DNA from: an uncultured Gemmatimonadales bacterium
GTDB taxonomy: Bacteria; Gemmatimonadota; Gemmatimonadetes; Gemmatimonadales; GWC2-71-9
Length of the DNA: 64,000 nucleotides
NCBI GenBank assembly: GCA_963779755.1
Contig: CAVZZO010000003.1
Coordinates: forward strand, 1,088,001 to 1,152,000
Direction: 5' to 3'
The notes under the pieces: model-generated
Database searches by the model: none
What the model saw: only the letters and a program-made list of their open reading frames with translations
What the model was told of the DNA's origin: nothing
Translations under genes and position numbers: made by a program
Part shown: positions 45,588 through 55,209 of the stretch, one piece after another
How positions within the stretch are numbered: the stretch's first letter is position 1
Layout of the letters: every line of letters starts with the position of its first letter

Positions 45588-46697
45588 TCATCCGCCGCTA
45601 TATATCTCCTCGTAGCCCCTGACCATCTGCTTCAGACTGTAGCTGGTGATGACGCGGCGACGGGCTTCTGTCGCCTCGGTCTGCCGCCGTGCCGCATCGC
45701 CCAGCAGGTCCAGCCACGCCTGGGCCAGGAGATCGGGCCGTTCATTCGCCACCAGATTCTGACTGAGCCCATCCCCCAGAACAACCCTGTTCCCGCCGAC
45801 GTCGGTGACGACCGGAGGCAGCCCGGCGCTCATGGCCTCCAGCAGGCTCACCGAGGTTCCCTCGCTGCGGGAGGACATGGTAAAAAGCGTGAAGCTGGCA
45901 TGCAGGGCATGGATATCGTCGCGCCACCCGGGGAACCGGACCCATGGCGCAAGCCCCAAGTCCGCGATTCTGGCTTCCAGCCGGCTCCGTTCGGTCCCCT
46001 GTCCACCGACGACCAGAAAAGGCATCACGGCCCCACCCAGCTGGTCCCGAAGCATTCCGAACGCCTCGACCATGACATCATAGCCCTTGATGGCCTCCAG
46101 CCGACCGACACTACCGACGATCGCTGCACCTGCTGGAATGTTCAGTTCCCGGCGCACTGACCCATCGTCGGGCATGGGGCGGTAGAGATCCGTGTCCACC
46201 CCGTTGGGGACCAGGCGGAGCCGGCCCGGATCCGCGACCACACGACGGGCCATATGGTCCAGCAGCGGTTCCGATACCACCACCGTGACATCCGTGCGTC
46301 TGGAGGCCAGGCGTCCTACCATCCGGGCAAACCAGGGATCGGGCCACTGGCGACCGTGCTCGGTATGGATCACGCGCGGGACACCGGCCATCCACGCGGC
46401 CAGCGACACCTTGTACCACACCCCGCCATGGGAGTGCACCACGTCCGGGGCGATGCCCCGGATGGTGCGGCTCAGATGCCGCGGCCAGAGCAACGACCAT
46501 CTGGGCTGCGGACCGGCGTAATGAATGCCGGCATATCGCTCCAGCTCTTCCCCGAAACGCCCCAGGTAATCGATAATGAGGATGTGCGACTCGAATCGGG
46601 CCGGATCCAGCAGGCGGACGATATCCGCGAAGAGCCGCTCCATCCCTCCGTAATTGAGATTCTGGATGACGTGCAGCACCCGGACCCGCCCGGGCAT
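45588..46697 (-). CDS. GT4 glycosyltransferase
   Basis: LNYGGME, HTEHG, EGTSVSLLEAM and TDVGGN. Confidence 0.9.
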   Translation of the reverse strand: MPGRVRVLHVIQNLNYGGMERLFADIVRLLDPARFESHILIIDYLGRFGEELERYAGIHYAGPQPRWSLLWPRHLSRTIRGIAPDVVHSHGGVWYKVSLAAWMAGVPRVIHTEHGRQWPDPWFARMVGRLASRRTDVTVVVSEPLLDHMARRVVADPGRLRLVPNGVDTDLYRPMPDDGSVRRELNIPAGAAIVGSVGRLEAIKGYDVMVEAFGMLRDQLGGAVMPFLVVGGQGTERSRLEARIADLGLAPWVRFPGWRDDIHALHASFTLFTMSSRSEGTSVSLLEAMSAGLPPVVTDVGGNRVVLGDGLSQNLVANERPDLLAQAWLDLLGDAARRQTEATEARRRVITSYSLKQMVRGYEEIYSGG

Positions 46698-47463
46698 CAG
46701 CCGGCCCCTCTGCGCCAGCCTGCCATCCGGTCCTGAGCCCGGTCCGCCCAATCCAGTAGCCGGCGTCCGGTACGAAGCAGTCCCAGCCGCACCGCTCCCA
46801 TCGGGACCCGCGACCCGAAGCTCATGGTCAGTCCGCGGTTGTGGAATCTCCCGGCCTTCAACTCCACCAGGGGATCCGGTGCCTTCGGATGCGTCAGGAC
46901 GACCCGGGTGCCGCGGTCGTTCCGGCTGTCGTGTTGATCCAGCCCGGCCACTCCCACCATCTCGGGCCGTTCGCGCTGCACCCGGTGCAGCAGCTCGATG
47001 GCTCGGGGATCCGGCAGATAGCGCAGGTTATAGGAGGCATTCCAGACCTCGATGGCATCAATGCCGCGCGCCACCTCCAGGGGCAGCAGGTAGTCCGCCA
47101 GCAGGGGGTGAGCCATGATGGTGAACCCCGCTGCTTCCCGGCAGGCGGCCACGAACTCCCCCGGTGTTTCCGGCGTTATCCACTTGCGCAGGCCCAGCGC
47201 CAGCAGGTGCAATCCGGGATAGCCGGCAAACCGGAACTCGAGTCCGGGAATGAGCCGCACCGATTCCGTCCGACAGCGCCGCGCATTCGGCGAGGTAGCG
47301 GCGGAAAGCGGGCTCATCCAGGTCCTCGGCATGATCGGTCAGACCCACGAAGGTGAGTCCTGCCTCCAGGGCAAACTCGCGCAGGCCGGCGAGCGTCATC
47401 CGCCCCGTCATGCGAGTAGTCGCTGTGCACGTGGACCACACCGGTGCCTGCCGGCGTCTTCAC
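46697..47463 (-). CDS. PHP-domain phosphoesterase-like protein, two apparent frameshifts (about 47404 and 47268)
   Basis: HVHSDYSHDG, LTDH, IPGLE, HLL, AHP, IEVWN and GLDQH are spread over three frames. Confidence 0.75.
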
Positions 47464-48647
47464 CTTCTGCTCAGCCAATTGGCACTCTCCCGGAGAAAGG
47501 GCCTGGGATCATTCCAGCGCAGGATCTCGGACCGGTCTCCCGGCCGCCACAGCTTGAGGAAATCCAGCGTGGCCCGGAGCCGGCCCGGAGCGTCCGGTGG
47601 CAATGAGAGTGCCGCGTCACTGTGGCGAAGTCGCGTCAGGAGCTGGTCTACATCTCCCCACCACCAGCGGCTGCGTATACCGGTCCGGTAGCTGGTGACC
47701 GGCGCGGGCTCCTCGCCCAGGGCGAGCGAGACCAACAGACCGGGAAAGTCCACCCCGGCATCTATGGCGAGCTGGAGGGAACCCCAGAACCGGCCGTTGA
47801 TCTCCATGAGGTAGGGCCGGGCCGAGGCGGCGTCCAGCTTGTATTCCACCATGGCGACACCCTGCCACCCGAAGCGCTCCAGGAGCGCTTTCGACTTTTC
47901 TACCAGCGCCGGATCGGCCGGGACGCTTTCGCGATAGACGCTGACGCCGCCGGAAGGGGGCTTCTCCCGCAGTCGCCGGTGGGCAAACTGGGCCATGATC
48001 TTCCCGTCCCACAGCAGCAGGAAGATGCCCATGCCCGGGCCCACGATCCGTTGCTGCAGCATGATGGGATAGGCCTCGAGGGGAAACTGGCCCATGCGGC
48101 GCCGCAGCTCCTCCAGGCCCTGGGCGTAAGATACCCCGGTCTTCAATCGTGCACCGGTGTTTCCCACCACCGAGCGGGCCGGCTTGAGCACCAGGGGAAA
48201 GATCAGCCCGGCTTCCACTTGAGGGGTCAGATCGGAGGGAGCCGCCAGGACCTGTTGGGCCGGCACACCGATCCCGATCTCCCGGGCCGCGGACAGGACC
48301 TCCTGCTTATCGGCCAGTCGGCGAAGATGGTCCAGGTCGTCGAAAGGAATATGGACGTCGGGGAAGGATCCGCGGTGCTCGAGGACGGCCAGCAGGGCCG
48401 CATCGGTCACTGGCAGCAGCACTTCAATGCCCCACCTGGGAATCAGGCGGGTCAGGGCTTCCACAAACCCGCCTGGATCCCGCAGGGGCGACGGGACCCG
48501 ATCCTCCCCGTTGGCATAACGCGATCCCCCCGCCAGAAGATACGAACCCGAGCCCACCACATAGCCACGATGCCCCCGGCGGCCCAGAGCACGCAGCACC
48601 GCAAGGGAGGATCGCTCCTCGCCGTCGGTTACCAGGACGTTCGTCAT
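47460..48647 (-). CDS. ATP-grasp carboxylate-amine ligase
   Basis: DK, PLVLKP, QQRIVG, MVEYK and LMEINGRFWGS. Confidence 0.88.
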   Translation of the reverse strand: MTNVLVTDGEERSSLAVLRALGRRGHRGYVVGSGSYLLAGGSRYANGEDRVPSPLRDPGGFVEALTRLIPRWGIEVLLPVTDAALLAVLEHRGSFPDVHIPFDDLDHLRRLADKQEVLSAAREIGIGVPAQQVLAAPSDLTPQVEAGLIFPLVLKPARSVVGNTGARLKTGVSYAQGLEELRRRMGQFPLEAYPIMLQQRIVGPGMGIFLLLWDGKIMAQFAHRRLREKPPSGGVSVYRESVPADPALVEKSKALLERFGWQGVAMVEYKLDAASARPYLMEINGRFWGSLQLAIDAGVDFPGLLVSLALGEEPAPVTSYRTGIRSRWWWGDVDQLLTRLRHSDAALSLPPDAPGRLRATLDFLKLWRPGDRSEILRWNDPRPFLRESANWLSRR

Positions 48648-48697
48648 CCTGCAGTTGCTTCCCCGCCGGGAGTCATCGAAGACTACCCGGAGTGGAA

Positions 48698-50197
48698 TCA
48701 GCCGGTGGGCCGCTGCCGCCGGACCACCGGCGGAGTGGGGAGATAAGACGGAGAAACGCGACGAGAGGCCCCGGGATGGACGGGCGCCGCCGGCGGTGGC
48801 GGTGCGGACGGCAATCCACTGGATTCCATCAGCTTCACCTCGACCGACACGAACAGGCCCGCGGTCAGGGCAGCCAGAACATAGATAAGATCCAGATATG
48901 CGAAGCTCACGAAGAACCCGGACACGGCGAAGCCGACGTAGGCAACCGGGAGGTACACGCTCGTGAAGTAGAGAAATCGCTCCTCAGGATCACCGCGTAC
49001 CCACCTGCCTGGCAGCTTCCGCCGTAACCGGATGACGGAGATCATGCTTCCGAAGACCAGGGTGCAGAAGATGAGGAATCCTGGAATCCCCAACTCGGCA
49101 AGGGCCTGCAGGAAGGAGTCGTGAGCGGCGGACCACTTGATGCCGGCAAGGCTGGGATCGTCCGCCTGTGCCGCCGCCCGGTCAGACAGCGTTCCTTCGG
49201 CCCGGGCAAAATTCTCGATGCCGATGCCGGTCACCGGGTTATGCAGCATGTACCCGATTCCCCGGTTGAAAACCGCCTTCCGCCCCGTCGGGGCCGTCCA
49301 ATTGTAATCTTCTTTCGGGGCGAGCAGGGTGCTCATCTGGTCCCAGTAGCCTGCCGGCGCCGCGATCAGCAGGCCGAGCCCCGTAACCGCAATGAACGCC
49401 AGGCGCTTGGGAAGTGCCACATTCTTGAGCAGGATCAACAGCGCCACAGCGACAGCCATCAGCCCCAGGAACGCACCGCGAGAACCGGTGCGGGCCAGGC
49501 TCACACCGGTACCGAAGATTATCAGCAGGCTGACGAGCCGCCCTTTCTTGCCGGAGACCTGGAAGGTGAGAAGAGCGATGACCAGGCCCACGAGGAGCAC
49601 CAGCCCCATGTCATTCGAGTCGTAGCTGTAGCCGTTCTGGATCCGGGCGAATCCATCGTTGACCACCCTCTGCACCCGGAAGACGAAGATGGAGAGATAC
49701 GCCAGGCATCCGGTGCTGATGGCAAAGGCCCAGACAAAGGTGTAGAGATCCCGCGCATTCCGGATGGCGGCGATCAGCAGAAACGCCAGCACCAGCGTCT
49801 TGGAGTATTCGTAGAGAATGAACTTGCCCGACCCTCCCATTGAAATACCAAAGGGCACCGAAAGGCAGGCCATGATGCCCATTGCGGCGATGGCCTTGGC
49901 GGGAAAGGTCCGGAAGATGCTCCCCGTCACCAAGTACCGCGGGTTCATGTAGGCGTAGGCGCCTGCCAGCATGGTGACCACCAGAGCCGGGCGGAATTTT
50001 ATCAGAAACGCGAAGTGCTGGTGGATCCGGCTCAGCGTCATGACGAGCAGGAAGAACAGCGCCATCCGCATCGGGTCCCGCTGGATCTTGAGGGCTCCTC
50101 TCAGTCCCGCGAGGGCACGATGGGGTACGGCTCTCCAGCCGGGCTGGGCTACCCTGCCGTCAGGTAGTAGTTGGGGAGGTGTTGCCGGGTTGGCCAT
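48698..50197 (-). CDS. O-antigen ligase/Wzy polymerase family protein
   Basis: DSND, TGSRGAFLG and AHDSFLQALAELG; multiple TMs. Confidence 0.85.
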   Translation of the reverse strand: MANPATPPQLLPDGRVAQPGWRAVPHRALAGLRGALKIQRDPMRMALFFLLVMTLSRIHQHFAFLIKFRPALVVTMLAGAYAYMNPRYLVTGSIFRTFPAKAIAAMGIMACLSVPFGISMGGSGKFILYEYSKTLVLAFLLIAAIRNARDLYTFVWAFAISTGCLAYLSIFVFRVQRVVNDGFARIQNGYSYDSNDMGLVLLVGLVIALLTFQVSGKKGRLVSLLIIFGTGVSLARTGSRGAFLGLMAVAVALLILLKNVALPKRLAFIAVTGLGLLIAAPAGYWDQMSTLLAPKEDYNWTAPTGRKAVFNRGIGYMLHNPVTGIGIENFARAEGTLSDRAAAQADDPSLAGIKWSAAHDSFLQALAELGIPGFLIFCTLVFGSMISVIRLRRKLPGRWVRGDPEERFLYFTSVYLPVAYVGFAVSGFFVSFAYLDLIYVLAALTAGLFVSVEVKLMESSGLPSAPPPPAAPVHPGASRRVSPSYLPTPPVVRRQRPTG

Positions 50198-50610
50198 CTT
50201 GCTCCAGAGGTCGTCTGCTCACTAGAGACTAGCGTGCCCTGGATAGGTTACGCAAGAACAAGGCCCATCACTTCTTATGGGTGACCCGTGCCACAGTCAC
50301 CACGCCTCTCAATAGCCGGAGGAACGCCGCCGCACCAAGCAGCAAACCGCAAGTGACACGGGCATGAAGCCAATGCCGGTCATCCAACGCGCCCCTGGTT
50401 TCATCCTGGTGTTCAGGTTGCCGGCTCATCTTTGAATGTCGGTGCCTCGGCTCAGCGACTGGCGCACTCGAGGCCGATCGTTCTTGATAACGCGTTATAC
50501 CATAACATGTTAGGACTTTTTCACAGAGTCATCAGTCTTACCAGAAAACCACGTCGCTCTAAGCCATTCCGGCCTGAATTCATTGGGCGTGCAGGCTTGT
50601 GCACCAAAAC

Positions 50611-50625
50611 TGGCATGGCAAGTGC
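50611..50625 (+). promoter_or_regulatory. Possible sigma54 promoter
   Basis: TGGCATGGCAAGTGC (GG-N10-GC), 55 nt before ATG 50681. Confidence 0.55.
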
Positions 50626-50680
50626 CACACTGAGGGCCCGGCCCCCTCATCAAAACATCAACATCCCAAGGCAAAGCGCG

Positions 50681-53047
50681 ATGGCTACCCGATTTCCGGG
50701 CCCTCTCCCTGTTTATCTCCTCCTGCTGGCCGGGCTGCAGGGTGCCTGCGAGCAGCCGCAACTCAGGAATGCCCTGGCCAGCACCCCCGCAGTCAGCCTG
50801 GTGGTGGTCCCCGGAGCGGTCACGCTCAACACCGGGGACTCCACCCGATTCTCCGGTTACGTCAGAGATGGGAATGGCGATACCTCTACCGTAGCACTCG
50901 ACTGGCGGGCGAGCGGCGGTACGATGCTGTCCAACGGGACCTTCGTCTCCGACAGCCCGGGGACCTACAGGGTAATTGCGACTGCTCATGGCAATCCCGA
51001 CGCCGCCGATACCGCTCTTGTCCTCGTGATCATCCCCTCGGCTAACCTCACTGGCATCAGCGTGGCGCCCCAGGACCTGGTCACCGAGCCTGACGCCTCC
51101 ACCCCCTTTACCGCCATGGGTAACCTCGCCAATGGCAGCCAGACATTCGTGGCGGTGAACTGGGCGACCGATGGTGGAGTCATTGACGCTGGCGGGACCT
51201 TCACCGGCGGTGACTCCCTCGGGAACTTCAGGGTGTGGGCCGTCACGACCGACGGCCGATTCAGCGATACCGGGACGGTGACGATCCAGCCCCGCGCCCC
51301 CACGCTCGAACAGCTTACGGTGACCCCGCCCAGCGCATCTCTCAGTGGGGGTACCACGGGAGCCACCCAGCAGTTCACCGCCATCGGCCTCTTCGACGAC
51401 AGCTCCAGCCATCCGGTTTCGGCGGCCTGGGCTGCTTCAGCCGGCACTATTACGAGCACGGGGCTGTACACGGCCAGAAATGTGGCGGCCGGAACCTATA
51501 AAGTTGTCGCCCGCGCGCCCAACGGCCTGGCCGATTCCGCCCAGGTTACGGTGACCATCCCTTTCGTCACCCGCATCGCCATCTCGCCCAAAACGGTTTC
51601 GCTCAACACCAAGGGCACCCAGCAATTCAAAGTGACCGGCTTCCTGAGCGACGGGTCCACCGCGACAGTCAGCGCGAGTTACACCGCCACCGGGGGCACC
51701 ATCACCAGCACCGGGTTCTACACCGCCGGCAGCTCGGGAGGCAGCTTCAGGGTCATCGCCACCACCACCTCGGGCGGCCTGGCAGATACGGCGACGGTAA
51801 ACATCACGGCGCCCCAGCTTACTCTTACGGGCCTGGCGGTGAGCCCTTCCCCCGCCCCGATGCTGACGGGCGAGCGCCTCCAGTTCACCGCCGAGGCAAT
51901 CTACAGCGATGGCAGCCGGACCCCCGTCAGCCCCACCTGGCTGGTCACCGGGGGCTCCATGGGCTCGGGCGGGGTGTACACCGCGTCCATGCTCGCCGGC
52001 AGCTACAAGGTCATTGGCCAGTACAATGGGAAGAGCGACACGGTAACGGTGACGGCCAACCCCATCTCCAGGCTGCAGAAGATTACCCTCACACCGCAGA
52101 CGCTCGGCATTCCGATCAATGGCACGTTCCAGTTCAGTACCATCGGCACCTTGGGCACCGGCGGTCCCGTCTATGTGAACGTCAACTACTCGGCTTCTTC
52201 GGGAAGCATCACTGCATCGGGGCTCTACACCGCCCCGGGGCAGACTGGATCAGCCACTGTTACCGCGAGGCACGTTGCCACCGGTCTGCAATCGGTGAGC
52301 GCCGTGACGATTGGGGTCAGTTCGTGCATCAATGAGCCCCCCGGGCTCGCCGCGATCACGGATCAGCCATGGGACGCGGTCCCTCCCCAGGCGCCGGCAA
52401 CGGATCAATACGGCTGGAGGGTAGGCGCCGGCCGGACCCGTCTCTCCATCATACAGGACAACAGCGCAAGGCGCTCGAAGCCCAACGTCCTTCAGGGGAA
52501 GTTCCCCCAGGGAATGGGCGGTGGTGGAGGACCATTTCATATCGAGCACAAGCTCCCGGCGGTGAAGCAGCTCTATCAATGCTTCTGGCTCAAGATTGCT
52601 CCTGGGTTCACGAACAACGGCAATTCCGGCACAAAACTGGCCTTCGTTTATAACACCTACCAAGGGACGAGCCTCGGCAGCAGCGCCTACCTCAACCTGT
52701 TCGGTGGCGTGTCGGACGCCGGAACTATGGGCGTGAATACAGAAGGTCCCGGAGGCTTCAACCGGAACATGGGCACCCGATTTCAGTGGTCTTCACACCT
52801 GGGAGAGTGGCACCAATTCGAGTTCCTGATGATCGCCAATACCCAGGCCACAGCCGACGGCGTCATGCACATCTGGGTGGATGGGGCACAGGATACCTAT
52901 TATACCAATGTCAAGTGGTTTCTGGACCAGGCAGTGCCGACCGGGTTCAACCACCTTGACATCACCCCCACGTATGGCGGCGGCCACAACCCGGTCCCGT
53001 ATGACATGTTCATGTACCTCGACCACTGGTATGTCAGCGGCAAATAG
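50681..53047 (+). CDS. Lipoprotein with about six Ig-like (Big_2-type) repeats and a C-terminal polysaccharide-lyase/lectin-like domain
   Basis: Lipobox LQGAC; repeats of V.P..QF.A..W.A.GG.I..G.YTA; C-domain with GTKL, WHQFE, IWVDG and DHWY. Confidence 0.8.
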   Translation: MATRFPGPLPVYLLLLAGLQGACEQPQLRNALASTPAVSLVVVPGAVTLNTGDSTRFSGYVRDGNGDTSTVALDWRASGGTMLSNGTFVSDSPGTYRVIATAHGNPDAADTALVLVIIPSANLTGISVAPQDLVTEPDASTPFTAMGNLANGSQTFVAVNWATDGGVIDAGGTFTGGDSLGNFRVWAVTTDGRFSDTGTVTIQPRAPTLEQLTVTPPSASLSGGTTGATQQFTAIGLFDDSSSHPVSAAWAASAGTITSTGLYTARNVAAGTYKVVARAPNGLADSAQVTVTIPFVTRIAISPKTVSLNTKGTQQFKVTGFLSDGSTATVSASYTATGGTITSTGFYTAGSSGGSFRVIATTTSGGLADTATVNITAPQLTLTGLAVSPSPAPMLTGERLQFTAEAIYSDGSRTPVSPTWLVTGGSMGSGGVYTASMLAGSYKVIGQYNGKSDTVTVTANPISRLQKITLTPQTLGIPINGTFQFSTIGTLGTGGPVYVNVNYSASSGSITASGLYTAPGQTGSATVTARHVATGLQSVSAVTIGVSSCINEPPGLAAITDQPWDAVPPQAPATDQYGWRVGAGRTRLSIIQDNSARRSKPNVLQGKFPQGMGGGGGPFHIEHKLPAVKQLYQCFWLKIAPGFTNNGNSGTKLAFVYNTYQGTSLGSSAYLNLFGGVSDAGTMGVNTEGPGGFNRNMGTRFQWSSHLGEWHQFEFLMIANTQATADGVMHIWVDGAQDTYYTNVKWFLDQAVPTGFNHLDITPTYGGGHNPVPYDMFMYLDHWYVSGK

Positions 53048-53068
53048 AGGAGAATTCGGAACATTACT

Positions 53069-53109
53069 CGGGCGGCGGGCTTCCTCCGGGAGCCCGCCGC
53101 CCGCTTTCT
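53069..53109 (+). terminator. Probable intrinsic terminator
   Basis: 13-bp stem CGGGCGGCGGGCT / AGCCCGCCGCCCG followed by CTTTCT. Confidence 0.6.
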
Positions 53110-53124
53110 GGCATGGAAGTCGCT
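53109..53124 (+). promoter_or_regulatory. Possible sigma54 promoter
   Basis: TGGCATGGAAGTCGCT (GG-N10-GC), similar to the 50611 motif. Confidence 0.45.
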
Positions 53125-53170
53125 GCTTACATTAAGGTGGTCACTGGCCAATTCCAGATTGCAGAAGGTG

Positions 53171-54034
53171 ATGCGCATGTTTGGCAACGCACCCCGAAGA
53201 ACAGTAAGGCTCCTGGCAGCCACCGCCGTGGGCGGTGTGGTGTTCCTGGGCGCCTCACCTGCGCCTGACCTCCAGTCGGGGTTCGGCACCCCGGCAGGGC
53301 GTCCTCCGGGCTGTACACACGAGCCGCCGGGGGTGGAGCCAATCTCCAGTCAGCCATGGGACAGCGTCCCACCCAAGCCACCGAAGGTTGACCAACATGG
53401 CTGGAGGGTGACCAAGGACTACGAACGGCTGAGCATCATTTCTGACCCGTCTGCCCCCCTCTCCCCCCCCTATGTCCTCCAGGGTCGGTTTCCTCAGGGC
53501 ATGCGCGGCGGGGGGGGGCCCTTTCACATAGAGGTGAGATTCAGTCCCGTCCGTGTTCTCTACCAGTGCTTCGGGATCAGGCTCAGCCCCGGGTTCACTA
53601 ACAACGGCAATGCGGGAACCAAGCTGGCCTTCGTCTACAATACCTACACGGGAAAGCCTCACTCGAGTTCGGCTTATCTTAACCTGTTTGGGGGCGCGTC
53701 AGATGCCGGGACCATGGGAGTGAATACTGAAGGTCCCGGCGGCTTCAACCGGAACATGGCTACCAGGTTCCGATGGTCTTCCCACCTGGGCCAGTGGCAT
53801 CGGTTTGAATTCCTGATGGTCGCCAATACACAGGCCACCGCTAACGGCATCCTGCAGATCTGGGTAGATGGCGTGCAGGATACCTACCATACAGACGTCA
53901 AGTGGTTTCTGGACCAGGTGGCCCCCACGGGCTTCACTCGCATCGACATTACCCCCACCTACGGAGGAGGGCATAATCCAGTACCCTACGATCAGTTCAT
54001 CTATATCGACCACTGGTACATCAGCGGGCAGTAA
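53171..54034 (+). CDS. Secreted stand-alone copy of the lyase/lectin-like domain
   Basis: Signal-like N-terminus; long identical stretches with the C-domain of 50681-53047. Confidence 0.8.
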   Translation: MRMFGNAPRRTVRLLAATAVGGVVFLGASPAPDLQSGFGTPAGRPPGCTHEPPGVEPISSQPWDSVPPKPPKVDQHGWRVTKDYERLSIISDPSAPLSPPYVLQGRFPQGMRGGGGPFHIEVRFSPVRVLYQCFGIRLSPGFTNNGNAGTKLAFVYNTYTGKPHSSSAYLNLFGGASDAGTMGVNTEGPGGFNRNMATRFRWSSHLGQWHRFEFLMVANTQATANGILQIWVDGVQDTYHTDVKWFLDQVAPTGFTRIDITPTYGGGHNPVPYDQFIYIDHWYISGQ

Positions 54035-54048
54035 CGGCCGATCCCCCG

Positions 54049-55209
54049 ATGAAAGATCCGCTCTATATTCTGCTGCTCTGTGACGGAAACGCCGAAGACC
54101 CCCACGGTGCGTTCTCAGGCTCTGCTCACAGTCTGGTCACCGAGTTCCGGCGGCAAGGGCACCGGGTCAGGACGGCCGGTCTCGAGCTCGGCGGCATACC
54201 GCGGTGGGTCAGCGCGGCGCTGGCATTCTCCCCGGACCGGGCGCGCTGGGGGGTGCGGTACCGGCTGGGCGCGCCAGGGTTCTACTTCCGATCCCGCCGC
54301 GCCGCCAAGAGTATCCGCGCGCGGGGGCCGCACACCCGGGTGGTGCTCCAGATCGGGGCGACCTTCCGCCCGGCGGGAATCGGCGGCCTGCCGTACTTCC
54401 TTTACTGCGACTCGAACATCCGGATGGCCGAGGAAGGCATTGCGACGGGCGTCTCGGAAGCCGCCTCCCTCTCGCAAGGCGAACTCGCCGCCGTCGCAGC
54501 GCGGGAGCTGGGGGTGTACCGGGGCGCGACCGGTATCTTTACTCTAAGCGAGCGCCTGCGTCGCACCTTTCTCTCCGGCTTCGGCATCGCGCCGGAACGC
54601 GTGCTGGCCTGTTATGCGGGCCCCAACTTCGCCCTCGATACGATTCCCTCCACACCGACCTCCCACCGGGGGCCGCCCACGATCCTCTTCGTCGGGAAAC
54701 AGTTTGATCGGAAGGGCGGAGACCTGCTCCTCCAGGCGTTCGAGACGGTCCGGCTGGAACTCCCGGACGCGCGCCTCGTCATCGTCGGCCCTCCCGACCT
54801 CCGGGTCGATTGCCCGGGGGCGGAGAATCTGGGATACCTGCGCCGCGACCGTCCCCAGGAATGGGCCCGGCTGCGACAGGCCTACCTCGAGGCCGATGTC
54901 TTCTGCCTGCCCACCAGGTTCGAGCCATTCGGCATAGCTTTTCTGGAGGCGATGTTCTTCGGTCTTCCCTGCATCGGGCCCAATGCCTGGGCCATCCCGG
55001 AAATCATCCAGCAGGGCGAAACCGGCTTCCTGGTCGAACCGGAAAACCCGTCTGCCTTGGCAACCGCGATCCTGCGCGTTCTCGAGCATCCGGAGGAGGC
55101 CCGGGCGCTGGGCGAGGCCGGCCGCCGGCGGGCAGTGACGACTTTTACCTGGGAAGCGACCGTCCGGCGCATGGTGTCGCGCATGGCTCCTTTCGCTGCG
55201 AATAGGTAA
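54049..55209 (+). CDS. GT4 glycosyltransferase
   Basis: FVGKQFDRKGGD and EPFGIAFLEAM. Confidence 0.9.
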   Translation: MKDPLYILLLCDGNAEDPHGAFSGSAHSLVTEFRRQGHRVRTAGLELGGIPRWVSAALAFSPDRARWGVRYRLGAPGFYFRSRRAAKSIRARGPHTRVVLQIGATFRPAGIGGLPYFLYCDSNIRMAEEGIATGVSEAASLSQGELAAVAARELGVYRGATGIFTLSERLRRTFLSGFGIAPERVLACYAGPNFALDTIPSTPTSHRGPPTILFVGKQFDRKGGDLLLQAFETVRLELPDARLVIVGPPDLRVDCPGAENLGYLRRDRPQEWARLRQAYLEADVFCLPTRFEPFGIAFLEAMFFGLPCIGPNAWAIPEIIQQGETGFLVEPENPSALATAILRVLEHPEEARALGEAGRRRAVTTFTWEATVRRMVSRMAPFAANR

